From assembly GCF_006345805.1 (NCBI RefSeq), contig NC_042999.1, positions 63,364,001-63,428,000 of the forward strand: 64,000 nt of DNA, given 5' to 3'. A program made the position numbers and the translations under genes. The stretch comes from Octopus sinensis. Its lineage: Eukaryota. A model generated the notes under the pieces. The model worked only from the letters and a program-made list of their open reading frames with translations, made no database searches and had not been told where the DNA came from. Shown here one piece after another: positions 24,226 to 37,014 of the stretch (positions are counted from its first letter, which is position 1; every line of letters begins with the position of its first letter).

Positions 24226-24505
24226 GGAGGTACATGGCCTAGTGGTTAGAGCAGTGGACTCGCGGTCAAGGGATTGCAGATTTGAATCTCAGACCGGACG
24301 ATGTATGTTTATGAACGAAACACCTAAGCTCCACCAGAAGGTGATGGTGAACTTCTGCTGACTCTTTCACCACAACTTTCTCTCACTCTTTCCTCCTACA
24401 TCTAGCAGCTCACCTGCGACAGACCAGTGTCCCGTCCAGGTGGGAAACCTATATGCCAAGGAAACCAGCCCTATGAGCCAGGTGTGGCTCAAGAAGGAAC
24501 AAACA
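24226..24505 (+). mobile_element. Family-B tRNA-Arg SINE; a truncated head also lies at 23843-23880
   Basis: TGGCCTAGTGGTTAGAGCAGTGGACTCGCGG..AACACCTAAGCTCCAC..GAAGGAACAAACAA. Confidence 0.8.
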
Positions 24506-25360
24506 ATTTATAGCATGTCTGCTTCAAGATCCAATGTTCCAAAATGAATTATTTGATGTTCTCTTGAAATTTCTAAATTCTTATGACATCAACAATACAC
24601 ACACACACACATACATACACATATATAAATTTAATGTGCAATATATTGATTTATAAAATCCTGTGATAGCCACAAAAAGCTCCTCAAGTGAACCCAGTTA
24701 CATACCACATAGTAATCTAATATGGATGAGTATACTGTAGAGTCCTATCCACCTGAAATCCAGTAGATCCAATCAATGAAATTATTTCTGAAGAGCTTAG
24801 CTCCTGTATCCGCATTGGTTTGAAAACATACAATAGTACTATGAAATTTTAGCATAGATACTAGGACAGATGTGTAAAATAATCTATTGCGCACTAAAAT
24901 AATTGTTTTTACATGATGAAGGCTGCAAAATGGCTGTCATCCTATGGATATCAACTGATGAAATAAATATATTCACATTTCACACCTACTAACTTTATAT
25001 ATATATATATATAAGGTCGAAAGACAGCTGTTGTTACATCCTGTTATTTGTATTTGTGTAACTTTCTCCATTTTTTTCCGTCCTTGTTTTTTCGTATACA
25101 TTTGCTGCTTTCTTCCAAGGAATCTAATAATGCTCTTAGCTTAGTTTTTCCTTGGGGCTGGCCAGATTGGAGCAATCTCGAGTATAACCAGCTGAAATTA
25201 CAAAGATCATCTGGAACTCGACTGTGGAAAGAAAACTCCAAATGACCCGTCCTTGTTTTCTTTGTATCGTCTATCTAAATGGATGCTTTGTTGTCCCTTT
25301 CTTGTATCACCTAACTGTCCGGATGTTTTGCGTTTTTGTCCCATTTTGTATTTATATATA

Positions 25361-25389
<29 letters not shown>

Positions 25390-25391
<2 letters not shown>

Positions 25392-25665
25392 ATCAGCATC
25401 ATCATCACCATCGTTTAACATCCGCTTTCCATGCTAGCATCGGCTGGATGATTTGACTGAGGACTGGCGACCCAGATGGCTGCACCAGGTTCCAATCTGA
25501 TCTGGCAGAGTTTCTACAGCTGGATGCCCTTCCTAACGCCAACCACTCCGAGAGTGTAGTGGGTGCTTTTATGTGCCACCAGCACGAGGGCCAGTCAAGT
25601 GGTACTGGCAACGGCCACGCTCAAATGGTGTTTTTTACGTGCCACCTGCACAGAAGTCAGTCCAG
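25390..25665 (-). mobile_element. RTE-type 3' tail fragment
   Basis: Conserved tail motifs as above. Confidence 0.85.
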
Positions 25666-25674
25666 CAGCACTGG

Positions 25675-26070
25675 CAGGAGGTTCAATGGCCCAATGGTTA
25701 GGGCAGCTGACTCACGGTTTCGATTCCCAGACCGGGCGTTGTGTGTGTTTATTGAACGAAAACACCTAAAGCTCTACGAGGCTCCGGCAGGGGGTGGTGG
25801 CAACACCTGTTGTACTCTTTCACTCAAACTTTCTCACACTCATTCTTCCTGTTTCTTGTCCCCGACTTCCTACACAACCACTGAGCCTGAATGCACATTC
25901 ATCCATCCGTCGATGCTCTCGGTGTCGGGGGTTGACCTGCTTTCTCTTCTGCGGGTCTTACAAATAGCAAAGAACCACGTTTCGGTTTCTCTGACTACAG
26001 AGGCGCAATCTTGTGAGCTCTGGGACGAAGACCGCTTCGCTCAACAAACAAACAAATAAACAAACAAGTA
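25675..26070 (+). mobile_element. Family-B SINE
   Basis: tRNA-like head, AAAACACCTAAAGCTC core, (AAAC)n tail; aligns with the reverse complement of 29440-29842. Confidence 0.8.
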
Positions 26071-26924
26071 TATATATTATATGCATATATGATGAACTTC
26101 CACCCTGTTTCTGTTCACCAGATTTACTCACAAGTCATTGGTCAGCCTGATACTTTTGTAGAAGATACTTGCTCAAGATACTGCACAGTTGGAATGAACA
26201 CAAAATGATGTGGTTGCAAAGCAATCTTCCTAACCACACATTCCTGTACCTATCCTACATTAACTATATGAAGAATAATTTTTTCTTATTTATTACTTTA
26301 ATAAATATTAATGTTACACAGTAAAGTCATACTTTTTCAAATTCAATCTCAGATTTCACAAATATGAAAATATATGATAAAGTTACTAATATTAATTCAA
26401 TAGTTAATAACATTAATTCAGTATACCCCCACTGCTCCCCCTGCTACAACACACCTCATCATTCCATCATTACTACCACCACCTGTTTCTATTTTTCTTT
26501 TGGAAGATTGGAATGTGTTGTTAAATTATTTTTGACCACAGAACAATTTAGCAACAACATTCTTTCAATTCTCAAGTATAAAATAGAAATAGTAATTATA
26601 AAGAAACAAAAAAAAAATGTTTCATTCGACCTCCCTTCATTGTCTGGCATGATGCAACAATCTTCAATCATCGTATGGCATTTCAGATATGGTAAACTTT
26701 CAGCAATCAAATGGAACTTCAAATAAATTAAATTACAGAGAGCTGTTACTGTGTAGGAGTGGTACCATGATATTTGGGTTGTCTTTTACAAATAATAATA
26801 ATAATAATGATAATAATAATGATAATGATGATGATGATGATGATAATAATAAAAATAATAATAATAATAACAACAACAATAACAATAGTAATAATAATAA
26901 TAATTGCCCTGATGCAGTACCAGA

Positions 26925-27480
26925 CAGTGACTCTCATGGCTTCTGATCTTAACTGATTGGAAGTGTTATCATGTACATTGTTTTGTCTTCATATAAAAGA
27001 TGGGCTACAGCAAATATTCTGCTCAATACCACAGATTTGCTTGTCAGTTGTTTGACCATAACCAGTTGAGCATGTCCCTGAGTGGCTGACGATATGTGTA
27101 TCTCTGATCACGAGCAGAAGTGGTGTGTGAGCATCATAGCCATGTGTTGAAAGGAATTCTTGGAGGTTTGAATGATTCACCTCTGGAAACATAGGTCTTT
27201 TGTTCAACATCCTTAAACAACCCTTATTTAGGGACCTTTTGAGCGGTATAGGTTACTTGACCCGAAGAAAATTCTAACTGGGCCCCACTTGCTAAGTCAT
27301 GTGCTGTTTATCTTGATATGAGATCTCCATGTTGCACACATATGGTTGTGATGCATGTGCCTAGTGTACCCTTATCAGACAGGTAGTCGTGATGGGTAAA
27401 CTGGGCTTCATATATTTTACCCCAGTGTCATTTTGATGGCAAGCACTGCTCTCTCACTCAATAATAATAATAATAATAAT
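26925..27480. repeat. Full copy of the ~550-bp (AAT)n-bounded unclassified repeat
   Basis: Aligns with 1830-2330; (AAT)n on both sides. Confidence 0.8.
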
Positions 27481-27816
27481 AAAATAAAGAAAACACTGTT
27501 CATGTTTATGACAATCCAATCACCAAAGAGCAGCTGCTACATTGATACATTGTTTGATCTTTATATGTTAACTTTTACTTGTTTCAGTCATTGGACTGTG
27601 GCCATGCTGGGGCATCTTCTTGTAGGGTTTAGTTGAATGAATCGACCGAAATACTTATTTTTTAAGTCTGGTATTTTATTCTGTAAGACTCTTGCTGAAC
27701 CACTAAGTTACAGGGACATAAACAAACCAACACCAATCGTCATGTGGTGGTGGAAAACACACAAACACACACACACACACACACACATAGGTATTTACAT
27801 ATATGTATATATACAT

Positions 27817-27876
<60 letters not shown>

Positions 27877-28275
27877 TAAGCAACAAGGATATCCAAGGTA
27901 GTGTAGTACAATTGTTTCATGCTACTTCATTTTATTCAACGCTGTAAAAATGACATCAGTTTGAAAATGTCGAGCAATCTTCAGCCACATATAGAATTTT
28001 TTAATTAAACGGACAATGCACATTCTTATACTTATTTCATTTGCCAACATTACAAAGAGGGTAGATATATAGACAGAGAGGTTAATTTCATCATTAAGAA
28101 CATGGTGGTAGCATGTTCTTCTCCCTCTGTAGATTTAGATTCATCTGAACCTAAATTTTGCTGAACTTATATATATAGTTAATTCAAACACGAACAAAGA
28201 GAAAACACAGCAACACGAGAATGTAGAACAAGTATAGTGTTCTTGGACGCCCAGGAAAGGAAAGAAATAAGGAGG

Positions 28276-28310
28276 ATTTAATGTTTCGAGTGGAGCTCTT
28301 CATCAGAAAT
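28276..28310 (-). ncRNA. Minimal PLE-type hammerhead with one probable CpG-decay mutation
   Basis: ATTT-CTGATGA-A GAG CTCCA CTC-GAAAC ATT-AAAT; stem I 4 bp, stem II 3 bp, minimal stem III (expected ACGT, here ACAT). Confidence 0.6.
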
Positions 28311-28399
28311 ATAGAAAAAAAGAAAGAGTCCAAAGAAGGGAAGACGGAGAAAGAAAATCGCACACGATACACATGTGGCCACATATTGAAATATGTGTG

Positions 28400-28820
28400 T
28401 GTTTGAGGCAAGTGAAATCGAAGTTGAAATCAAACTCGGTGACTGGCATCCGTTGCTAGTGGAGCGCTAAGAGTACCATACGAGTGAGATCGTTGCCAGA
28501 GCAAAAAGCTGGGCTTCGTGCCAATGGCACGTTAAGCACCCCATTTGAGTGTGATCGTTACCGCGTTGCCTTACTAGCACTTGTGCTGGTGGCACGTGAA
28601 ACATTTGAGCGAGGTCGTTGCCAGTGCTGCTGGACTGGCTCCTGTGCAGGTGGCACGTAAAAGCACCCACTACACTCTCGGAGTGGTTGGTGTTAGGAAG
28701 GGCATCCAACTGTAGAAACACTGCCAGATCAGACTGGTGTCTGGTTCGCCAGACCTCAGTCAAATTGTCCAACCCATGCTAGCATGGAAAGCAGACGTTA
28801 AATGATGATGATGATGATCT
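28400..28820 (+). mobile_element. RTE-type 3'UTR/tail, older subfamily
   Basis: GAGGCAAGTGAAATCG..GAGCGTGATCGTT-like repeats..GACGTTAAAT(GAT)n. Confidence 0.85.
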
Positions 28821-29439
28821 GTATATGATGGGCTTCTTTCATTTTCTGCCCACCAAATCCACTCAAAAGGCTTGGGACTATAGAAGACATTTACCCAAGG
28901 TTCCATGCAGCAGGACTGAATCCACAACCATATGTTTGGGAAGTAAACTAGTTACCACATAGCCATGCCTGTACCTATAAAAAATGTGCCAATCATCAGA
29001 TGCTGAATCCTAGGATCAAACCTGGCACCTTTAGTTCTTCAGACTAATGTTTTCCCAACTGTGCTATTTCAGCTCTTCATAACTGAAATAAAATCTCATT
29101 CAAATTCCACCCTACTGTTTTAATGAATGATATTGCACATTGTTATATTGTAGTTTTCAATATACTTTGGTTGAAGGGCACTGAATAATACAGCCATAGA
29201 TGTACTGTGATTGAAGGACTTCTGAAGCAAGTCTTGAATAATATAGACTGATATATACTAAGTCTGAAAGACACATTGGATAATGTAGTCCAAGAAACAC
29301 TGTGCTTAAATGACAAATTGGATAATGTAGTCCTAAGTACACTGTGTTTAAAAGGCACATTGGATAATGTTGTCCAAGATACACTTTAAAGAAAGACTGG
29401 GCAGCATAGTTGAAAGACTATTGTTCCTGGGTTTACTCT

Positions 29440-29842
29440 GCTTGATCAGAGGTGAGTTAGCACTACTACTGCTTGTTTGTTGAGTGAAGTAGTCTTTGTC
29501 CTGTAGTGGGAGAAGTCCGAAACGTGGTCCTTTGCTATTCGTAAGACCCACAGAAGAGAAAGCAGGTCAATTCTCGACACCGAGAGCATTGACGGATGGA
29601 TGGATGTGCATTCAGGCTCAGCGGTTGCGTAGGAAGTCGGGGACAAGAAACAGGAAGAAAGAGTGAGAGAAAGTTGGAGCGAAAGAGTACAACAGGGGTC
29701 ACCACCACCCGCTGCCGGAGCCTAGTGGAGCTTTAGGTGTTTTTGCTCGATAAACACACACAACGCCTGGTCTGGGAATCGAAACCGCGATCCTCTGACC
29801 GTGAGTCCGCTGCCCTAACCATTGGGCCATTGCGCCTCCACT
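29440..29842 (-). mobile_element. Family-B SINE followed by (CTG/CTA)n
   Basis: Reverse complement has head GTGGAGGCGCAATGGCCCAATGGTTAGGGCAGCGGACTCACGG. Confidence 0.85.
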
Positions 29843-30267
29843 TGCTGCTGCTACTGCTGTTGCTGCTACTACTACTGCTGCTGCTGCTGCTACTACTACT
29901 ACTACTACTACTACTATAATAAGGAATGACACATTTGATAATGTATTCTTAGACATAACATTGGGAAAACTAAATGTGGTTGATGAATTTAGCACGAACA
30001 TCTTTGATCATAGCAGCAATGGTTTACATTGAAATAGAAAAGAACAGAATAAGCAGGAACTCGTATATCTAGGACTACATTATAACAATGCGTTTTTTCA
30101 GGTTTAGGATATCTTGGACTACATTATAACAATGTGCCTTCAGACATTTATTATAATGTAGTCCTATTAGACTTAGGTTGTCATTGATGTTGTTTAACAG
30201 GTCAGCCCCAATGAAGTGGACTTATAATCGAAAGATTTCCATTCATGACCATTCCATCTATTTGCAT

Positions 30268-30626
30268 TCTTTTATTTGTTTTAGTCATTTGACTGCAGCC
30301 ATGCTGGAGCACCGCCTTTAGTCGAACAAATCGACCCCAGGACTTATTCTTTGTAAGCCTAGTACTTATTCTATCGGTCTCTTTTGCTGAACCGCTAAGT
30401 TACGGTGACGTAAACACACCAGTCAAGCGATGGTGAGGAGATAAACACAGACACACAAACATACGACGGGCTTCTTTCAGTTTCTGTCTACCAAATTCAC
30501 TCACAAAGCTTTGGTCAACCCGAGGCTATAATAGAAGACACACGCTCAAGGTGCCATGCAGTGGAACTGAACCCAGAACCATGTGATTGGCAAGCAAGCT
30601 CTTTACCACACAGCCGCTCCTGCACC
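30268..30626 (-). mobile_element. Family-A SINE
   Basis: Tail, core and head motifs. Confidence 0.85.
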
Positions 30627-30984
30627 TATTCAACTGCACATCTGTAAGACATTATTAAATGTGTCTTCCCATTTTCTAAGACAGTAGAATATGGTTTTGA
30701 CTGAAGGTAGCACTGACGGATAGAATAGATACTTCTTTTAATATGTAACTTATCACAATTGTGATGGTGCTTCATTGGCAAGACATTCGACGGTTGAATT
30801 ATACGAGTCAACATGTCATTGTGCTAGCTATCATCTCTTGACTTTACACTTTACACCCATGTGCTAAAGTACTATATTTGCTAGTAAGTAAGATTCACTC
30901 CCTTATTTTTACAAGTATATTTTGGGTTTCCTCATATACATGCTGAAAGATATTTGAAAGTGGTTTTGCAGAGATATGTATGAT

Positions 30985-32312
30985 TCTACTCTTTACTCTT
31001 TTACTTGTTTCAGTCATGTAAACTGTGGCCATGCTGGACCACCGCCTTTAGTCGAGCAAATTGACCCCAGGACTTATTCTTTGTAAGCCTAGTACTTATT
31101 CTATTGGTCTCTTTTGCCGAACCGCTAAGTTACGGGGACGTAACACACCAGCATCAGTTGTCAAGCGATGTTGCGGGGACAAACACAGACACACAAACAT
31201 TTGCACACACATACATATGTGTGTGTATATATATATATACATATAATCGAAATCGAATTGAACCAGCCAGGATCCCTGGTCTGGTGGTACGTAAAAAGCA
31301 CTATCCGACTCGTGGCCGATGCCAGCACCGCCTCGACTGGCTTCCGTGCCGGTGGCACATAAAATACACCAATTTGACCGTGGCCGTTGCCAGCCCCGCC
31401 TGGCACCTGTGCAGGTGGCACGTAAAAAGCACCCACTACACTCACGGAGTGGTTGGCGTTAGGAAGGGCATCCAGCTGTAGAAACATTGCCAAATTAGAC
31501 TGGAGCCTGGTGCAGCCTTCTGGCTTCCCAGAACCCCGGTCGAACCGTCCAACCCATGCTAGCATGGAGAACGGACGTTAAACGACGATGATGATGATGA
31601 TGATACATATATATATATATACATATATATATATACATATATATACATATATATATATATATACATATATATACACACACATATATACATATATATATAT
31701 ACATATATATACACACACATATATATATATCATCATCATCATCATCATCATTTAACGTCCGCTTTCCATGCTAGCATGGGTTGGACGGTTCAACTGGGGT
31801 CTGGGGAGCCCGAAAGCTGCACCAGTCCAGTCAGATCTGGCAGTGTTTCTACAGCTGGATGCCCTTCCTAACGCCAACCACTCCGAGAGTGTAGTGGGTG
31901 ATTTTATGTGCCACCGACACAGGTGCCAGACGAGGCTGGCAAACGGCCACGCTCGGATGGTGTTTTTATGTGCCACCGACACAGGTGCCAGACGAGGCTG
32001 GCAGACGGCCACGCTCGGATGGTGTTTTTATGTGCCACCGACACAGGTGCCAGACGAGGCTGGCAGACGGCCACGCTCGGATGGTGTTTTTATGTGCCAC
32101 CGACACAGGTGCCAGATGAGGCTGGCAAACGGCCACGATTGGATGGTGCTTGTTACGTGCCCACAGCACGGAGGCCAGTCGATGCGGTACTGGCTACGGC
32201 CACGTTCGGATGGTTTTCTTATGTGCCACGTGCCACCAGCACTGGTACCACAAAGATACAAATTCCATTGATGTTCATCTATTTTGATTTGTTATATATA
32301 TATGTATGTATG

Positions 32313-32361
<49 letters not shown>

Positions 32362-32405
32362 TATATATATATGTATGTATGTATATGTATATATATGTAT
32401 ATATA

Positions 32406-32465
<60 letters not shown>

Positions 32466-32776
32466 AAAATACAAAATGGGACAAGAACGCAAAACATTCA
32501 AATAGACAACACAAAAAACGGACGGGTCATTCGACGCCTCTAATCTTCAGTCAAGAACCGGATCATCCTCGCAATTTCGGCTGGTTAGTGTATATATATA
32601 CATACATACATACGACAGGATTCTCTCAGTTTCTGTCTACCAAATCCACTCACAAGGCTTTCGTTGGCTCGAGGCTATAGTAGAAGATACTTGCCTAAAG
32701 TGACATGCAGTGGGACTGAACCTGGAACCATGTGGTTGGTAAGCAAGCTGCTTACCACACAGTCACTCCTACACCT
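30985..32776 (-). mobile_element. Family-A SINE split by ~1.37 kb of nested insertions
   Basis: 3' half at 30985-31235 and 5' half at 32610-32776; between them RTE tail (+) 31240-31610, RTE tail (-) 31730-32295, (TA)n and a repeat fragment at 32465-32590. Confidence 0.8.
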
Positions 32777-33859
32777 GCGCATCTGAGTATGTAAATTCAA
32801 TACTGTGGCAGTGTACTTTAATAAAGTATGAAACTATAAATTTATCAAAACTAAACTGTTATGGGACAACTGTATCTTAGTTATATCTTTTTTCAGACTA
32901 ACTGAATAGTTGTTTATATTTTAGTCAAGAGGATTGCCATACAGGATGTAAAACTTGTCTTTTTGGTTGTGACGCTTTATGTAACCAGGGTGGCACACAA
33001 CTGCTAAGATTTTGTAGATATCCACTTGTTAAAAATAGCTGACTGGAGGACGAATGTTTATTAACATTCCATTCATCTTTTTAAAAGAGTTTTTTTGTTA
33101 TTTAGATAATTAAAAAATGCTTCGTAAATATAACACAGTCATTAAATAGTGTAAGACATATATCAGGTGTGTGTTATGTATATTGGGGAAGGAGGTATAA
33201 TGAGATTTTGTAACCTCCACACTTAACAGCTGATAAACTATAAGTAATAATTTATTCGTTTGTGTTAACAGTATGTGATAGCTTGGCTAATTTTCAATTA
33301 TTATGCTTAACAGACTTATGCTCATCCAGTCATTGACACTTGGTCTTTCATCTACATTATGGCTTCATTAGAGGCAAGGCAAGTTTTTTATTAAAGAAAA
33401 AAAAAAACAACACTGGCAAACACAGTAATTGTTTTATTCTTTTTTATTCTTTTTTATTAACATTGCAAACAATCAATTAATAAAAATAATTAATTAAAAA
33501 ATAATTTATTGATTGACCTGATGTATACCTTTTAAGGCATCCTACACCTTGCCACTGAGTTTTGTTTCTCTTTTTTCTTTTTGGATACTAGATGCCAACT
33601 AGGTAATATACAACTGTCAATGCATGCATTAAAACATATTTTCTATGAGTATGGCAGAAAATTCTCTGCAACAGCCAATCACTGCTGGTGAACCAGCAGT
33701 CGGCACTGCTGTAATAGTCCAGAAGGGAACATTGTGTTCCTTCAATTAATCCTGAAAATAATAAAATACTGGTACTCATAACAGTTTTGCCATAGATGGC
33801 AGGTCACTGTGTTACTTATGGTCTATAAAATGTTTTGTATATTGGTCTCAAATTTTACC

Positions 33860-34040
33860 ACAAGGCCAGCAATTTTGAGGTGAGGTGGTTAGTTGATTAC
33901 ATCGACCCCAGTGATCAACTGGTACTTATTTTATCAACCCCGAAAGAATGAAAGGCAAAGTCAGCTTTGGTAGAATTTCAACTCATAACACAAAGGTGGA
34001 CAAATGCTGCTAACCATTTTTCCTGGTGCAGTAATGATTC
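33860..34040. mobile_element. Degenerate SINE-like repeat of another family
   Basis: ATCGACCCCAGT..ACTGGTACTTATTTTATCAACCCCGAAAGAATGAAAGGCAAAGTC; related remnants near 16940 and 35370. Confidence 0.55.
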
Positions 34041-34354
34041 TGCCAGCTTGTTGCCTTAAAGTATTCTGTATATTGAAATTACAGTTTACATAATCTATTT
34101 ATAACTGGGGGGTTATAACCCTTCAAGGTGGTGCCTCAGTATAGTCACACTCTAGTGACTAAAACAAATAAAGGATAAAGATATCTTAAAAATTTTAGAT
34201 CTTTATTTTTCATATCAGAGCAAATTCTTTCAAGATTTCATTTTTGCAGGCTTTATGGCATCACTACTGAAAGTCGTTTTTCCCTTTTACTCAGCAGATA
34301 TATGGGCATTGTTATATGATTTACAAAGGTACAAATCCAATTTTCAAACACTCT

Positions 34355-34731
34355 TACTTTTTACTTGTTTCAGTCATTTGACAGTGGCCATGCTGGAGTA
34401 CCGCCTTTAGTCGAGCAAATCGACCCCAGGGCTTATTCTTTGTAAGCCTAGTACTTATTCTATTGGTCTCTTTTGCCGAACCACTAAGTTACGGGGACGT
34501 AAACACACCAGCATCGGTTGTCAAGCGATGTTGGGGGGACAAGCAGACACACACATATATATATATATACGATGGGCTTCTTTCAGTTTCCGTCTACCAA
34601 ATCCACTCACAATGCTTTGGTCGGCCTGAGGCTATAATAGAAGACACTTGCCCAAGGTGCCACGCAGTGGGACTGAACACGGAACCATGTGGTTGGTAAG
34701 CAAGCTACTTACCACACAGCCACTCCTACGC
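34355..34731 (-). mobile_element. Family-A SINE
   Basis: Tail, core and head motifs. Confidence 0.9.
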
Positions 34732-35745
34732 TTGTAAATATCATGTGCAATTCATGCTATTAGCTACCATTCTGCTTAACATGAATTTTGCTCAGTTTAC
34801 AAAATAAATGCACAGTTATCAATTTGCAGACACCCTTTGTGTCTGATGACTTTGGGTGTTAAGCATTCTGTAGATGTTTTTTAGATTATTTCAGCCCAAC
34901 ATGTTGGTGTAAGACAGAAAATGACATAACTGGGATATTCAACCTAGCATTACCATGACCAAGATTTTTGTTACATATTTGAAACTGAAACCAAGGCAAA
35001 ATATTTTAAATATGTAACAAGAGTACAATGACAATGATGATTAATATAGTTAATTTATCAAGTGTCAAAATAAAAAAAAATTAGAGTTTATGAGTAAAGA
35101 AAATGTTAGTCAATTCAGCCATATGGAAACTGATATTAAATACTACAATTCACTCATGCGAAGACACATGTTGCATAAAGCATACCACCTAAATAAATTG
35201 TTTTGTTTGTTGTTTGTTCTTTCTAGAGCCATGCCTGGCTCATAGGGCCAGTTTCCCCTGTTTCCTTGGCTTATAGGTTCCCCACAAGGAATTTATTCAA
35301 ATGTCCTAACAGGTTCACCAATCCACAGCCTTGGATTTACCTTTTTAACACTGTCCTCAACCCACAAAAAGAATTATAAAAAGCAAAGTTGACCTCAGCA
35401 GAATTTTAACTCAGGGAGGTAAGTTTCTATTAGTGGTGCAAGGGAGGCAACCACCTAGAGAGAAATAATCTGGAAAAGTAAATCTCTATATTCTGTTGTG
35501 TCTGGGGAGAGTAATTTTCTTTTTGTGCCTTATTATGTAACACACTCACCGGTAAAATTTCCACTTTTTTTTTATTTTTCTTGTCCTAAAATTAAAAATA
35601 AGAAAAAAGTGAAATTTTACTGGTGAGTGTGTTAAATGATAAGGCACAAAAAGAAAATGACTCTCCCCAGACACAACAGAATATGCTTCAACACACGAAC
35701 TCATATAAAGAATCTTGCAAACCAAATCCAAAAACGAAATATAAA

Positions 35746-36141
35746 TCTCTCTCTATATAAAGCTGAAGTTGTCTGTGTATGGCAGGTTTGGTAGCCTTCA
35801 ACTAATACTATCTCCTCCGAGACCCTGCGGCGCAAGTTGACCAAAATTGAGAGTATGATAGAAGAAGGCTTGCTCTTCCTTCCGTAGAAGAAAAAAAATT
35901 CAAATTGGACCATGTTAGCACCAACAATTATTTACATCAAAAAGGTGCTTTTTTTCTATGAAAATCCCTATTTTTTTTTACGATTTTTTGACTGCTGTGT
36001 CACCATTTTTCGGTGTATTTCAACCAGAAAATGTTCACTTAAAAAGAATAACAAGCTACATAGTGCAAAATTTTTACCTTCCAAAAATTCCAATTCTAAA
36101 GGGTCGAAACAAACCCGAGCAATGCCGGGCGATACTGCTAG
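35746..36141 (+). mobile_element. Non-autonomous Helitron
   Basis: A|TC 5' end, GC hairpin CCCGAGCAATGCCGGG (36114-36129), CTAG|T 3' end, no TSD. Confidence 0.8.
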
Positions 36142-36214
36142 TAATGAAAAAAGGGAGAAAGACGGATCGTTGTTTGTGCATATCAATAGTGAGAAAAGAA
36201 TTTAGTAAATTTTC

Positions 36215-36720
36215 AGATTAACACCCGCATGATTTTCACTAAAAAAAAACTCGGATTTTTTGCGTATAATCAAGCACCCTGACCTCGTAATATGCTGCAA
36301 ATCCCATATTTTGGTCCGGAAGGGAGGAGGGGGAACCCCCCGGAAATTTCACAAAGAAAAAAAAAACCCGTATATTTTTGGGTGGAATCAAGTACCCTGA
36401 CCTCGCAATATGCTGCAAATCCCATATCTTGGTTCGGAAGCCCCCCCCCCCAAGTACCCTGATCTCCTAATATGCTAAAAAAATCGGATTTTTGGGCGTG
36501 GAATTAAGTACTCTGACCTCCTAATATGCTGCAAATCCCTTATTTTGGTTCGGAAAAGAGGGGGAAAAAGGGGGAGACCCCACCCCGTCTCGGAATCATT
36601 GGAAATTTTTTTTTTGTTGAATGAATTCCTGACATCCTATTTTTGCGGTCCGAAAAACGGGTTGGGGTGAGGTGGAAGCCTCGGAAATTTTACCCACTCC
36701 CAACATTTTACGGAAATAAA
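36215..36720. repeat. Unclassified repeat with four internal TGACCTC.TAATATGCTGCAAATCCC-like subunits; second copy at 55405-55700
   Basis: Direct internal repeats and a dispersed homologue. Confidence 0.65.
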
Positions 36721-36780
36721 ATTTCCAGGGTATGAATTACATGGTTCGTTACTAAATATATATAATATTGTGCATATTTG

Positions 36781-36821
<41 letters not shown>

Positions 36822-36955
36822 AGCGTGTGTGTAGACAGGTAAAATGTAGACACAAACACACACATATATATATATTCCATTATTATTCCATTGGTTTTTG
36901 ACTGCTATTTCTAATTTTTTGGCATGTGGCTAAGCAATCTGTTGCTTGCCCTTTC

Positions 36956-37014
<59 letters not shown>

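Noticed and set aside
24910-24960. ATGATGAAGGCTG..TGGCTG hammerhead-like start
   Set aside because: C3 missing and no GAAA or cleavage site.
25170-25260. Possible variant hammerhead (CTGAAGA..GAAT GACCCGTC) here and at 32520-32585
   Set aside because: No consistent stems I-III, A15.1 replaced, core degenerate at 25210; kept only as an unclassified repeat.
31768-32543. ORFs with repeated MPPTQVPDEAG / CHRHRCQ motifs; the array looks CRISPR-like
   Set aside because: 62-bp tandem units in an RTE 3'UTR with no unique spacers, no cas genes, eukaryotic context.
33588-33752. Strong minus-strand acceptor (TTTTCAG at 33752) and donor (AAG|GTAAGG at 46130) as exons of one gene
   Set aside because: Joined peptide is unrecognisable and short; such sites occur by chance in AT-rich DNA; needs RNA-seq.
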